DNA of 64,000 bases from assembly GCA_051362555.1 (NCBI GenBank), contig CM120640.1, positions 17,174,001 to 17,238,000 on the forward strand, read 5' to 3'. Source of the stretch: Lingula anatina (lineage: Eukaryota; Animalia; Brachiopoda). How positions within the stretch are numbered: position 1 is the stretch's first letter; the number at the start of each line of letters is the position of its first letter. The notes below the pieces were generated by a model. It ran no database searches. It was given only the letters and a program-made list of their open reading frames with translations, and was not told where the DNA came from. Of this stretch, positions 24,393 through 35,893 are shown piece after piece. The position numbers and the translations under genes were made by a program.

Positions 24393-25206
24393 GTAAGTAT
24401 TCTGTTTTGTTTGCAACTCTCTTATTTATATTTTCCTCCCTAGATGTTATCTTTTATCTCAGTATCTAGACTTGTTTATGGAAAGTAGCCACGTTGAAAG
24501 GAAATTCCTTGATCATGTCAACTCATTGACGATCAAAGAAACCGGATCTCTCTCTGACACGTTGACAAGGCACTGTTTACAGTTGACACGATGTCGTGTG
24601 CTGTGTCAATTTCCAGGGAAATTGTGGTTAAATGATATCCTTTATTCGATTGATGCAATAAGCCACGTCGCATTGCTACGTGGCAGTGGTGGGTTCTAGA
24701 AAAACTCGTGGAATTTGACTGATGCAAGCAGTCCCTCACTTGAAACTGGACGGAGCAGAACACAGAGACGCTTTCTTGTAACAGGTTTCTGGAAAACCCA
24801 CGTTGGAACAAGGAGACCGCTTCCTTCATAGCGTATGCAAATTGTATATTTGAAATGTTATTGTGAGCGATCATGACAGTTGATGTCGATACTAAAGCAT
24901 TTAAGATGACAATTAAGAGTATTGCAGATTGTGAATATATCAGTTTGTTAGTATCATAAACTGTATTGCATTTTCCATTTTTTTTAAATAATTCCATTTA
25001 AAATGCTTTGTGCCAAGAGCTTTGTGAAGAGATAAGTTGATGTTCTTCCTCCGTTTTTATTTCTTTGATTTGTGATTTGGAATTATTTGACAGTTATAAA
25101 GTAGCAGACGTTTTATTCACTGTTCTATACATTATGCCACCCTGTACAAAATATTATTTAATTTTGAGATCTGCATAATATTTTTATGCATTTATTTCAG
25201 AAGTGA

Positions 25207-28200
25207 ATGATAAACAGTGGAATCATGAGGTCATGTGCTTGCATGGTGGTACTGGCTCTTGTGGCCACCAGTCGCTCTTCTGCCATCCCCACCAAATCAG
25301 ACGATCACAAATCCCGATCCTTGGATAAGGTAGGGGTTCAATTGTCTTTTTCACCCTGTAGCCAGCTTAATTGTTGTGGATGCACATTGCATCAGCCAGA
25401 AAAAAATAAATAGTGTGAATAACTTGCCATTTTGAAATTTTCAGAGTTCTGAACAGAGTTGATGCAACTTTAAATGCAAAAATTGCATAACAGAGAAGAA
25501 TTTCATCATCTGTTATGTAATAAGAATAAAGTAGTTTTCTTCAGTCAACAGCTTCATATCGAAATAAATTACCTCCAATATTTCAATGTCAAACAGAGCA
25601 TATTCATCAGGGAATGAGGGTTACTTAATTCTTACAGAAGATTATGCTGTGTCTGATTATCCAGTGCCACTTCCTACTTACTTACGCAATGAAAACATTG
25701 TGGTTCTGTATGTGATTAGCACTATATTTAAGTTGCATGGAACAAGTTTGCTCGTTTAAATGTGATTAGTAATACCATTGCTTAATTTCCTGTCAGTATA
25801 AACATCATAACTTAGGCACTGTTCACATGAAAAATCCCAATTCCAAAAATCCAAAAATTCATTGGTGGTATCTAGCGGTCTGTGCCCTGAATACCCCATG
25901 GCGTAATTAACTAGCGGAATGAGCGAGTTGCTTCCAAAGCTGTAATTAAATCTCGGTTGCGCTCGGAGGAGATTCTTACACCTGGACGCATGCGCAGTAA
26001 TAAGTTAGAGAGAAAGAAAATAACAGTCGCAGTTGCTTTGAAAAATGTGTTTGTCGATTTTGTGCAACAACAAGACGAAGAAGATGAGCTCCATATACAC
26101 ACGACAGATATGAGTGCAAACTGATGAAATCCACAGTTTAGAGATACTACTGCGCATGGGTCCAGGCATCAGAATCTCCTTCGAGCACAGCCAAGAATTA
26201 ATTACAGCTTTGGAGACGACTTACTCATGCTGCTAGTCAATTACACCACGGGGTATTCAGGGCACATACCGTGATCACTAGATACCACCAATGGATTTTT
26301 GGATTTATAAAACTTGGATTTTTCATGTGAATGGTGCCTTAGGAACCTTGTATGTAATAAACATGCATATGCTCATCAAATTTTTTTTTTATTGAACATT
26401 TAATATATGCTTTAATATCATAATTTGTACAAGCTATATTTTTATATGAACTCAGAAAGTAAATTTACAATTACTTTATGATCATTTGTGACAAATATTA
26501 ATAATTTTTTATGTATAGAAGAATAAAACAAATCATAAAGGAATGAAAAATGTATTGAATTATTTGTTTAAATGCAATCTAGGACCTAAGCGATGAACAG
26601 CATTATGAAGGCGAGGAACATAATGCAGAATATGACCACGAAGCCTTTTTAGGACAAGAGGAAGCCAAGACGTTTGATCAACTCACACCTGAAGAGAGTA
26701 AAGAAAGATTATCGTAAGTATATGCTCTACAGATATATACAGAATTTGAGCAATTATTAAATTCTTCATTTGAAATGTGTTTTATATTAAAATGCATTTC
26801 TTGCTGTTTTTTCCATATCATGTGATATAAACATGTTGGTAAAACAGGATTATCTGATACTGAATCCGTGTAGCAGTTGATTTAAGGATTTGCAGAATAT
26901 TCTTTCGAGAATTGTGTGGGATGCCAGATATCTCATTGACACGGGATGTTATCAGTCAAGTCAAAATGAAAGTCACAATTTTTTTTTTTTTTTGAAAAAT
27001 TTTTATGCAAAAAGAAACGCAAGTGGTCATTTTTATCCGCAACATATGATGAATGCTTATTTTCTTTCACAGTAAAATAATAGACAAAATAGACAGAAAT
27101 CAAGATGGCCAGGTGTCAGAGGAAGAGTTGAAGGAGTGGATCCAGCATGTCCAGAAGCGCTATGTGTACCAGGACACAGAGAGACAGTGGGTGCAGGACC
27201 AGAAGGTGGAGGGAGACAAGCTCACATGGGAAGCTTACAAAGACAGAACCTATGGATTTTTAAAAGATGGTATGCAGGAGCAGATATTTTATTATGAGAG
27301 GAGGGGGGGTATTGTGTCATGCTTTTTATTCATTTTGACAAGACTTGTTATGATTATGTTTTCTGAAAGCCAGTTTTGATTTGAAAAAAATATCTGTTGT
27401 ACATTTAAAACCACTTTGAAAGGAGTGATATTGCACCTTGGAAACTTCCTGTGTTTTTGTTGATTAATAAACATTTTCAATTGATATTTAATTTCTAGGA
27501 AGAGATACCAAAGCAGGAGACAGTGGCTATGATTACAAAGACATGATGGATCGTGATGAGAGGCGGTTTAAAAAAGCTGATGCAGATGGGGATGGTGCTT
27601 TGACCAAAGACGAGTTTGCTAATTTTCTCCATCCTGAGGAGGCTGAACACATGAGAGAAATAGTGGTGCTAGTAAGTGATGAGTCCATGTGAAATTCTTA
27701 AATAAAAGGGATATTATATATTCTGTGTTAAATGGTTTTATTTATTTACATGATTGGAGAGACAATTTTGTTTGTGTTGACTATGATTCTTGCAATCTTC
27801 TTTAGTAACTTCTCCATGTGCATCATCTTTTTGTTGATGTATTTTTAGGATTTGTGTTTTGTTACAGAATTCAATTTTAAAGAAAATTATTTTTTTTAAT
27901 GTTTTTAGGAAACAATGGAAGATATTGACAAGGACAAAGATGGAAAAATAAGTTTACAGGAATATATAGGTAGGTTGTTGTAGCAGGGTGTAAACACATA
28001 AGCAAGTTAACCTTTCAATTTCAGCCTTGAGAGACAATAAGAATTAAGAATGATCTAGTAATTGTATCTGTATGGAGTTTAGTAGGGGCTTATCCTGTAG
28101 TAAAGTAAGTGAGATTAAAAAAAAAAAAGATGTTGCATTAAGAGTGTCAAATTGCTGTTTTTATAGAAATGGTTTTGTCTCAGTAGATCCCTTTCTCTTA

Positions 28201-28767
28201 TAGGTGACATGTGGCCCAATAAGGATGATGAAGAAGAGCCAGACTGGGTAAAAAATGAGCGTGAACAATTTGGTGCTTATCGTGACAAGAACAAAGATGG
28301 CTACATGGATAAGGATGAAGTAAAAGATTGGATCATTCCACCTGATTATGACCACTCTGAAGCCGAGGCCAAACATTTAATACACGAGTCTGATAGAGAT
28401 AAGGTGGGTTATGCTTACTTGCAATACAATGTCATGTGTCACACTAGCTTGTATTATTATGATATATTTCTCTTTATTTTTATTTTAAAAAGAACTCTTC
28501 ATCCAATTATTCAGTAAGAGACAAATATATATTTTAATGTAAGATGTGTTAACAGTGTATGTATTTCAACTAACAAGTTTGAATTTCAAAATGATCAAAT
28601 CTCTAAACCTGTCCAATCTGAAGCTTGTATTTCAAGGCATTTACATGTGTGTTTTTTTCCAGGATGGTCAACTAACAAAAGAAGAAATTTTGGACAAATA
28701 TGACTTATTTGTTGGTAGCCAGGCCACAGATTTTGGAGAAGCTTTAACAAGACATGATGAATTTTAG
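25207..28767 (+). CDS. CALU: Calumenin (CREC-family ER EF-hand protein), ~329 aa
   Basis: Exons 25207-25329, 26583-26713, 27073-27269, 27499-27671, 27909-27969, 28204-28403, 28663-28767 (990 nt). Signal peptide, [21 protein letters not shown], multiple EF-hands, [13 protein letters not shown] and a C-terminal HDEF retention signal. Confidence 0.93.
25815..26338. mobile_element. Long-TIR (foldback-like) MITE, PIF/Harbinger-type
   Basis: Imperfect inverted arms of ~185-190 bp (GGCACTGTTCACATGAAAAATCC ... GGATTTTTCATGTGAATGGTGCC), flanked on both sides by TTA (25812-25814, 26339-26341). Confidence 0.85.
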
Positions 28768-30639
28768 TGCCAAAATTTTTAATATTATCAATTAACAATC
28801 CCACTTTTATAGTCATCGTCTCCATGCAGTGTATGGCATAGAGCTCTTCTACTCCTTACAGCATTGGTATTGCTACAAATAGTACACTTACTTTGATATT
28901 AATAGAATTTAACTGTTACTCGTATAAGTCGGATAAACATTTTAGTATGACTTGGATTCATGTTTAATAGATGAGGTTTTTCTTCTGACAGGGACACTTT
29001 TTTTACCTAAAATAAAAGTGTGCAGGATTTAAAGAATGGAAGGTTTTACTCTAAAGGCATGGAAGATGAAGTAATTTAGATTTACTTGGATGCACACATA
29101 AATGTAAATAATCTTGTTCATTAATACTCCTGACATCAAATTTCAACAAAATACTGGAGATGTGTTTTACTGAGATGTTTATTTGCCCAAATATTATTTG
29201 ATTTACTTATAGATAGTAAAGTAATGGTGTGCCTAGATAATGAGCACTCCTTTCTTAAATTAAGACAAACACAATGCAATTTTGTTAACGAAATTTTGCT
29301 CTCATCAAATTAATGGTCAACAGTATTTTTGCATTTAGTTACTATGCATGCTTAGAAACTGGCTCACTTCGTACTTATAAAACTTGCACGAGATGTGTGC
29401 TCATGTAACAAAGTAGTGTAATGTGTGTTAATGCTGTTACCTGAATACTTGCCAAAGAAAAGGACATGGTTTATGTACCATTTTATACATATGTGAAAAC
29501 AACTTAAAATTATGAACAGTGCATTACAGTGTAAGCATAGCGATCATTTTATATATATTTAGAAAAGTAGGTTATATGTTTAGTTTGAGGAAACATTCGA
29601 GAAGTGTGTAAACCTCATTCAGTATTCTTGTTGTAGAATAACTCTCCTGTAATAGGACTTGTTCAGTAGGCGTCGCTGTACTGTTGCCTTATGTTGCCAA
29701 GTTTTTATACAAAATACTGCCATAAATAATAAGTTAAGAATTAGGTATTGCGTTTTGTTTGTTTACTGTACATCTTGAGATGGCTCTTTATTCAGCATTC
29801 ATGTTCATTACTTTGCCCTTGACCTATATATTCATTTTGGTATTATTTCCCGTTTCTTTGACCAAGCTTCCTATCCAGCCTTGGAGTTGTTTGTGGTCAG
29901 ACTTAAATGGGTCGAAGTGCGTTGCGGTGCTCAAGCACTTGGTAACATTTCATGAAACCAGCCAAAATTGATCAATTTTTGCACTAAGAAAGTTGTGATA
30001 ATAATGTATAGATAGATAGATCGTGACGTGTCCGTCGTAATGCTGAGAGGAACAAAAATCGAGTATATTTTTTAATAAAATGGGTAGTTAAAAACAGATA
30101 TTCGAGCCAGGCCTTGCGGAAACGATTCATTTATGTGAACTTTGGTTGTCTCCAGTGTCAACTTTGACCGGAAAATCTGACGCGTTGATATACAAATTCT
30201 TTACAATAACGAGGCGCTTGGCGGAAGTAGACTTCTCGTCTGCTCTTATCAAAATCCTGTCACTGGAAAGGAAGACTTTAATGAAGTGCCATAATGGTTG
30301 GTTGGCGTGAGGGGGAGCATGAAATCCTTGGATATATCTTGTCAGAAAATACTGTCTTCAAACTTGTCGCAAAATATTCTAAAAGTGCATAAAAATGAGA
30401 AAAAATGGAACTGTGTAACTGTGATTTCAATTTGTTCGGTTGATCAGTCAAATATCTATCAGATAGACCTATCCGGCCCCATTATTTTCCTGTTTGCTTT
30501 GTGGCACCATTTTGTTGCCTGTCGGTTTTATTGTTGTGAACCCCAAGAAGAAAGCGACAGATTTTAAGCATAACATTTTGAATGCTTAAATTGAAAAACG
30601 GCATTCAAAGATTGTGCCGGCTTCGAGGTAGCAATCACA

Positions 30640-33600
30640 ATGCAGTTCGTAAAGTATCTTTTTCTCGCATTTCTCGGAGTGAATTTGGCGGTAAATGCTC
30701 AAGAAACAAAACCGGGTAAAGGTATGTTCACCTTGACTTTTCCGCCTATAATTTTCGAGTTATTTTATTTTATTTTACTTTGAATTGCGTATCTCTTAGT
30801 TTTTGCAAGATATCTTAGTTAGGCCTTAACGCTTGTTTGTGCGGTTTACTGCAGCATCCCATTTGTTTATTTCGATAAAAATTTGTCGTCTCTCACTATA
30901 ATTAAAACGCTTTTTGTCTAAACACTGTAACGTGTAGGCCAACTGTAGATATGCCGATTTGAGATAGCAGTGAATGGAGCACGTATATCTACATGTAGTT
31001 CAAAAGCCCTTCTTAGAAAGATGACTACCTTGGAACTGACGTCTTAAGAGTTGCCTATTTTCTGTAACCTTACTCCGTAGGCCTACTCTATGTGCTGGAG
31101 AATAGTGGCACGATTAAGCCACTGGTAAATTGTGCGAGTTGAAAATGTGAAAAAATTGCATGGTAGTCCTGAGTGTCATTGAACACTAAATGAAATGCTC
31201 GTATCGTGAAATGGACAGAGGTAGGTATAGGTGGGGGTAGTGTGGGTAAGTGGGATAACGGAGGGGTGGCATTTTGCCTGTCGAGCGCCAACGGCTTTCA
31301 TTTTGAAGTGACTGAGAACAATTTTAATTTAATTGTGAAGTCAACATTGTCATGAAGTAGTATCATGCATCAAGTTGAATTTCCTGGGGTTGTATTTGTA
31401 AATGTGTTATTCTTAAATTTTTATAACCTATAATTAAACCTCAAATACTTTGTTTTATTGGAAACGAGTCGATAACTTTTTTAAACAGACGCAGACACTT
31501 GGTTTGAACTCGGTCAAAAGATTTAGAATATCTTTTTTTTTTTTCATTTTATATGTCAAGTGGCAGCAAGAAAAGGGGTTCAATGTCCGAAATTAAAACT
31601 AAAGAACGGGCGCGTCAAGAACCGGTTCAGAGGGAGGCAGGCAAGTTTCCGTTGCCGCTCTGGCTACACTCTCGTCGGCAAGTCCTTTGCTGTGTGTCTG
31701 GGTAGAGACTGGTCCCATCCAGTACCCATCTGTGTAGGTAAGGTCTATATGCCTTGACTTAATGTATACAGTGGTGAAAATTCCTATTAGACAATTGAAA
31801 TATGCTCATATATTTGCTGAAGAGACTTTAAAAAAAGTGGTATCTTTTTCAACAACATTGCAAATTGGCTCTCTTTCCATATTTTTTATTTAATTTTTGT
31901 CCTGAAATTTATACCTTAAGATAACTTTCTGTGTACAAAAAGTCAGTGCCGAAATATCTATTCAATATTTTACGAATTTCACTCCCGATCTTGAGTAAGA
32001 ATTGTCTCTGTCTTATATGTCGTTTACGACAAGTTTGGAAATGTTTTCGATGATCAGGAAACATCTGTTCATTCTGGAAACTATATTTAAAAACAGAACA
32101 ACACACCTATGATGTTTACCAATACTTGCACTGGGCATCCAAGCTTATACAATACCCTATCAGGCATATCTTAAATCAGGTTTGGGATTAACCTGTATTT
32201 TATCTTACATGATTCAGCTCCGACATGCCCTCCCTTCACTGACCTAGACAAAAAGAACTTGCAAGTGGCACAGTGGTACGCTGGTGCTCTCCTGAAGTTC
32301 AGCTGTCCACCTGGATTTGAGATAGAGGGTTCTGACGTTTTGCTGTGTGATGGGCGCTCGTGGAACGGGACAGTGCCTGCTTGCAAGTGTAAGTTGAATG
32401 AACCCTGGTTCTCTTCGTGAGATTTGGTTTGCAGGACTGCAACTGCTTCTCTGTCGCAATGCTGTGATTGTGTTGAACATCATGCATTACGGTATTGCCG
32501 TGTTTACTTGTATAACAATATTAAGATTCAGATCTCGAAAAGGACTATTTTGATTTCTAAGATTATAATCACTCGATCATTGGTATTGTCAGTTTTCATT
32601 TTCAGTCGAGGGTAACTTGTGTTGATACGAGTATTGCTATGAAACATTTTTTAGATGTGCCCCCTGCAAACGGCGCCGCATCCGTTGCTTGCGATTTCGA
32701 GGAAAACCTTTGCGGCTGGCTTCAGGACAGTGCTGACCACGCTGACTGGAGACGGCACAGAGGACAGACGCCGTCTGCGTACACTGGACCAACTTATGAC
32801 CACACTACAAATTCTACAAAAGGTAACCTGTTTTATCCCCAGTAATTCCCCAAAAAGAGTGACTGGACTTCAGAGAGTGTGTCTGACATAGTAATTCTTG
32901 GCTCTAATTTCTTAATTCTTAACATCGATTAAAATTATTTATTATTATTATTATTATTATTATTGGTTAAGTCTTCATGAAATTCGCAGTGGTTCGCAGG
33001 ACATGTTCGGTTTAGTGGGTAGTTTTCATATATGTGACAAATTAAGTTTTTCTACTTGCGTGGTTTCGTGTACAGAAGGGGACTCTGCAAGGAACAAAAA
33101 AGAAAACAATATGAAATGATGTTATATTAGATGGCGTATTTTATAGTACATTCGCTATCTTTCTCCAAGGTTTTTACATCTACTTGGAGTCGTCAGACAC
33201 AGCGGCTGGACAAAAAGCACGTCTGGTTACCCGGGTACTGGGGGCTGAGACACAAGAACGTTGTTTCCAATTCTGGTATCATATGCAGGGCCCCAGTCCC
33301 AAACGTAAGTCATCTAGTCTCTCTCGCATTTTACTGGTAAGAAAGGTATTTGGACATCTTCTCATTGTTTTTATTTCTTGCTTCAAGAAAACCTATGATA
33401 AGTAAGGGATGAAAAACTATTTTGAGCTTTAAAAAAACATATAACGTCACTGTTGCGTGTCTTATTCTATTTGTTATAAAATACTTGTATCGTTTTCAAC
33501 CGAGTAACGTAAAGTTCTGACACGAAGTCTCATTTTCTTGTCACGAGAAAAGAGAAGGATTCACAGAGAAGGATTAAGATAAGTGTAGCACCTAGATAAA

Positions 33601-34522
33601 ACCAATAAAGATTTGCTATTGTTCTTTATATGCATAAAAGTGATGGGTGACCTGAATATCTATATCAAGCCAGTTGGACTTCCCGAGGTGTTGCTGTTCC
33701 ATAAGAATGGCACTCAGAGCATGCTGTCAGACGAGTGGCAGTTTGCCAACGTACACCTGCCAGCCATGTTACAAGAATTTCAGGTAACTATGGAAAAGTT
33801 CACCGCTAACTGATACTTTAGATTCATAGATTTCGTGTTTATGTTCACTTCATCAAAATATATCATCCTTTAACTTTTTCTGTTTGATTAGAATTTCGGG
33901 ATATTGATGGCTATTTCTCTTATTTGCGTCACATTTTTATTAACTGCAGGACAACCAAGTAGGTTTATAAGTCGTAGATTTAATCTTCTTCCTCTGATTT
34001 TTTGCTAAAAAAGTTCTTTTCGACGCAAGTTCTATCAGGTGGAAATCTAGTGCTTGTTTCCTTTTGGTTTGATAGTTGCCCATTTGATTTCAGATTGTAA
34101 TTGAAGCTGTTGAGGCCACACATTACGCGGGGTCTTACGTCAGCGATATAGCGGTTGATGACGTTAATCTGACATCATGTCCTATTAAACGTAAGTCGTT
34201 CAATACTATTGCATCATGATTGCGTATGTTAACATTATAGGGAATAATTAACTGATTATGTTGCTTAATTTAAAATGTTTGACGCTGTCTACTGGTATGT
34301 AAATGGTGTTTTTAATTGTGTTTGATTCCAAGTGATTGGAATTGAATTGATATTGAACTGTTTAATCTTCGTTGGGCACGGAGTTATAATTGGAGTAATT
34401 ATATTAGATCTATGTAGCTCTGTTGAATCGTAACAATAAAGGCAATCTTTAGAATTTCATATTAAAAAACTCTGTTAATTGCTCAAGAACTGTCAAACCA
34501 TACTTCTGTTTTTACTGGGTAA

Positions 34523-34573
<51 letters not shown>

Positions 34574-35893
34574 ACTTATGTTTGGGGGGTATTGCACTTC
34601 TCATGTATTTCTGTATGGTTCTGTTTTGAATTAGTTTCTTTTGAGTGATATTATTGCCGATGTTATTGTTTACTTGGCACTGTCTGTTCTGGTACTATCT
34701 GTTAAACGAAGTAGGATTTTCTGTATTATCTGTTTCTCTTATATTGGCTTTGGATAAAGCACATGTAGGGACTGCATTGTTGAGACACTGGCACTTTTCT
34801 CTTTCAATTTCCTATTCTATAACTCATTCCAAACAGGAAAATTGTTATTTGAAAAGCCTTAAGAAAATGTCATCTTAAGTTATTTTTACATGCAGGCAGA
34901 ACACAATTTCATCTGACAGGTGATTTCAAACCTGTCCTCATTTTTCAACTAATAGAATGAACCATGTTGTTATCATTCGGCCTTCAAATCAACAGTTGTG
35001 TTTCTGAAGTTATAACTTTTGGTGTCTTTTTTCATCGCAATATATATTACTGCTTTCAAGCATCAAGCAATTTTATTAAACAATTAGAATGACCAACGCA
35101 CCAAACCCTTTTCAGCAAGATGAGCGTTTCTGATTAAGGGGAGGCAGATAATACGCAATTTATTTATTTATTGTTATCATTATTTTGCCATATGCATTGA
35201 GAGGTCTTTTGTATCTCAGAGACAAGCGTAATCCAGTGGCCGACGCCATCTTTGACCACTCCAACAACAAAGAAGAAAACTTCTACCCCAGTGTCAACTG
35301 TGACTACAGCATGGACAACACTGACGCCATTTACACCAACAATGCCATCGTTATCAGCAGTAGCAACCTCTAAAATGAATTCAAGACCCACAGAGGTCAA
35401 CAGATCAACAACGGAGTCTACCGGTACCATCGGTTTGAAAGTGTTAACGTTGTCAACAAATAGCAAAGAAAAAGATCAATATAAACAAACCCAGCACCAA
35501 AGTTTCGTGTCTACCGTAATTACCACACCTCTGAGCAGTTTTGTATTGAACTTGACGACAGGGAGTCCGCCTACTGAAAGCGAGCTACCAATTGAATCCG
35601 TGTCAGTGCCGCCAAAGGGACAAGAATCGCAGTCAAATGAAGGCGATATTGAGATCCAAAAATCTACCGAAAGGAACCCTAACAAACGGACTCTTATCTT
35701 TATTATATTTGGTATAATTGGAGGGAGCTTGGTGATGGTATTTTTGATAGCCATGTCAGTTCGTTATGTTTCACAAAGACGCCGTCATTTTCATGAGACT
35801 TCACTGAACGACGATCTCCATCCGATAACTGCTTCCAATGGGACGCCCCGGCACTCATCCACAAATTCCGAGAACCCTATAGAAATGTTTTAA
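30640..35893 (+). CDS. Type I membrane protein: signal peptide-CCP-CCP-MAM-Thr/Ser mucin stalk-TM-short tail (scavenger receptor class C-like), ~548 aa
   Basis: Exons 30640-30721, 31561-31737, 32218-32388, 32655-32822, 33170-33304, 33641-33783, 34094-34190, 35220-35893 (1647 nt). Two sushi domains (C..FRC..GY..C..W..P.C), MAM (CDFEENLCGW, GPTYDHT, CFQFWYHM, DIAVDDV) and TM LIFIIFGIIGGSLVMVFLIAMSV followed by QRRR. Confidence 0.85.
32937..32964. repeat. (ATT)n microsatellite
   Basis: Short ATT run. Confidence 0.85.
34523..34572. repeat. (ATT)n microsatellite
   Basis: About 16 perfect ATT units. Confidence 0.95.

Noticed and set aside
24533-24997. 154-aa minus-strand ORF
   Set aside because: It lies in calumenin intron 1 with no recognisable domain, and is better explained as CpG-rich regulatory DNA.
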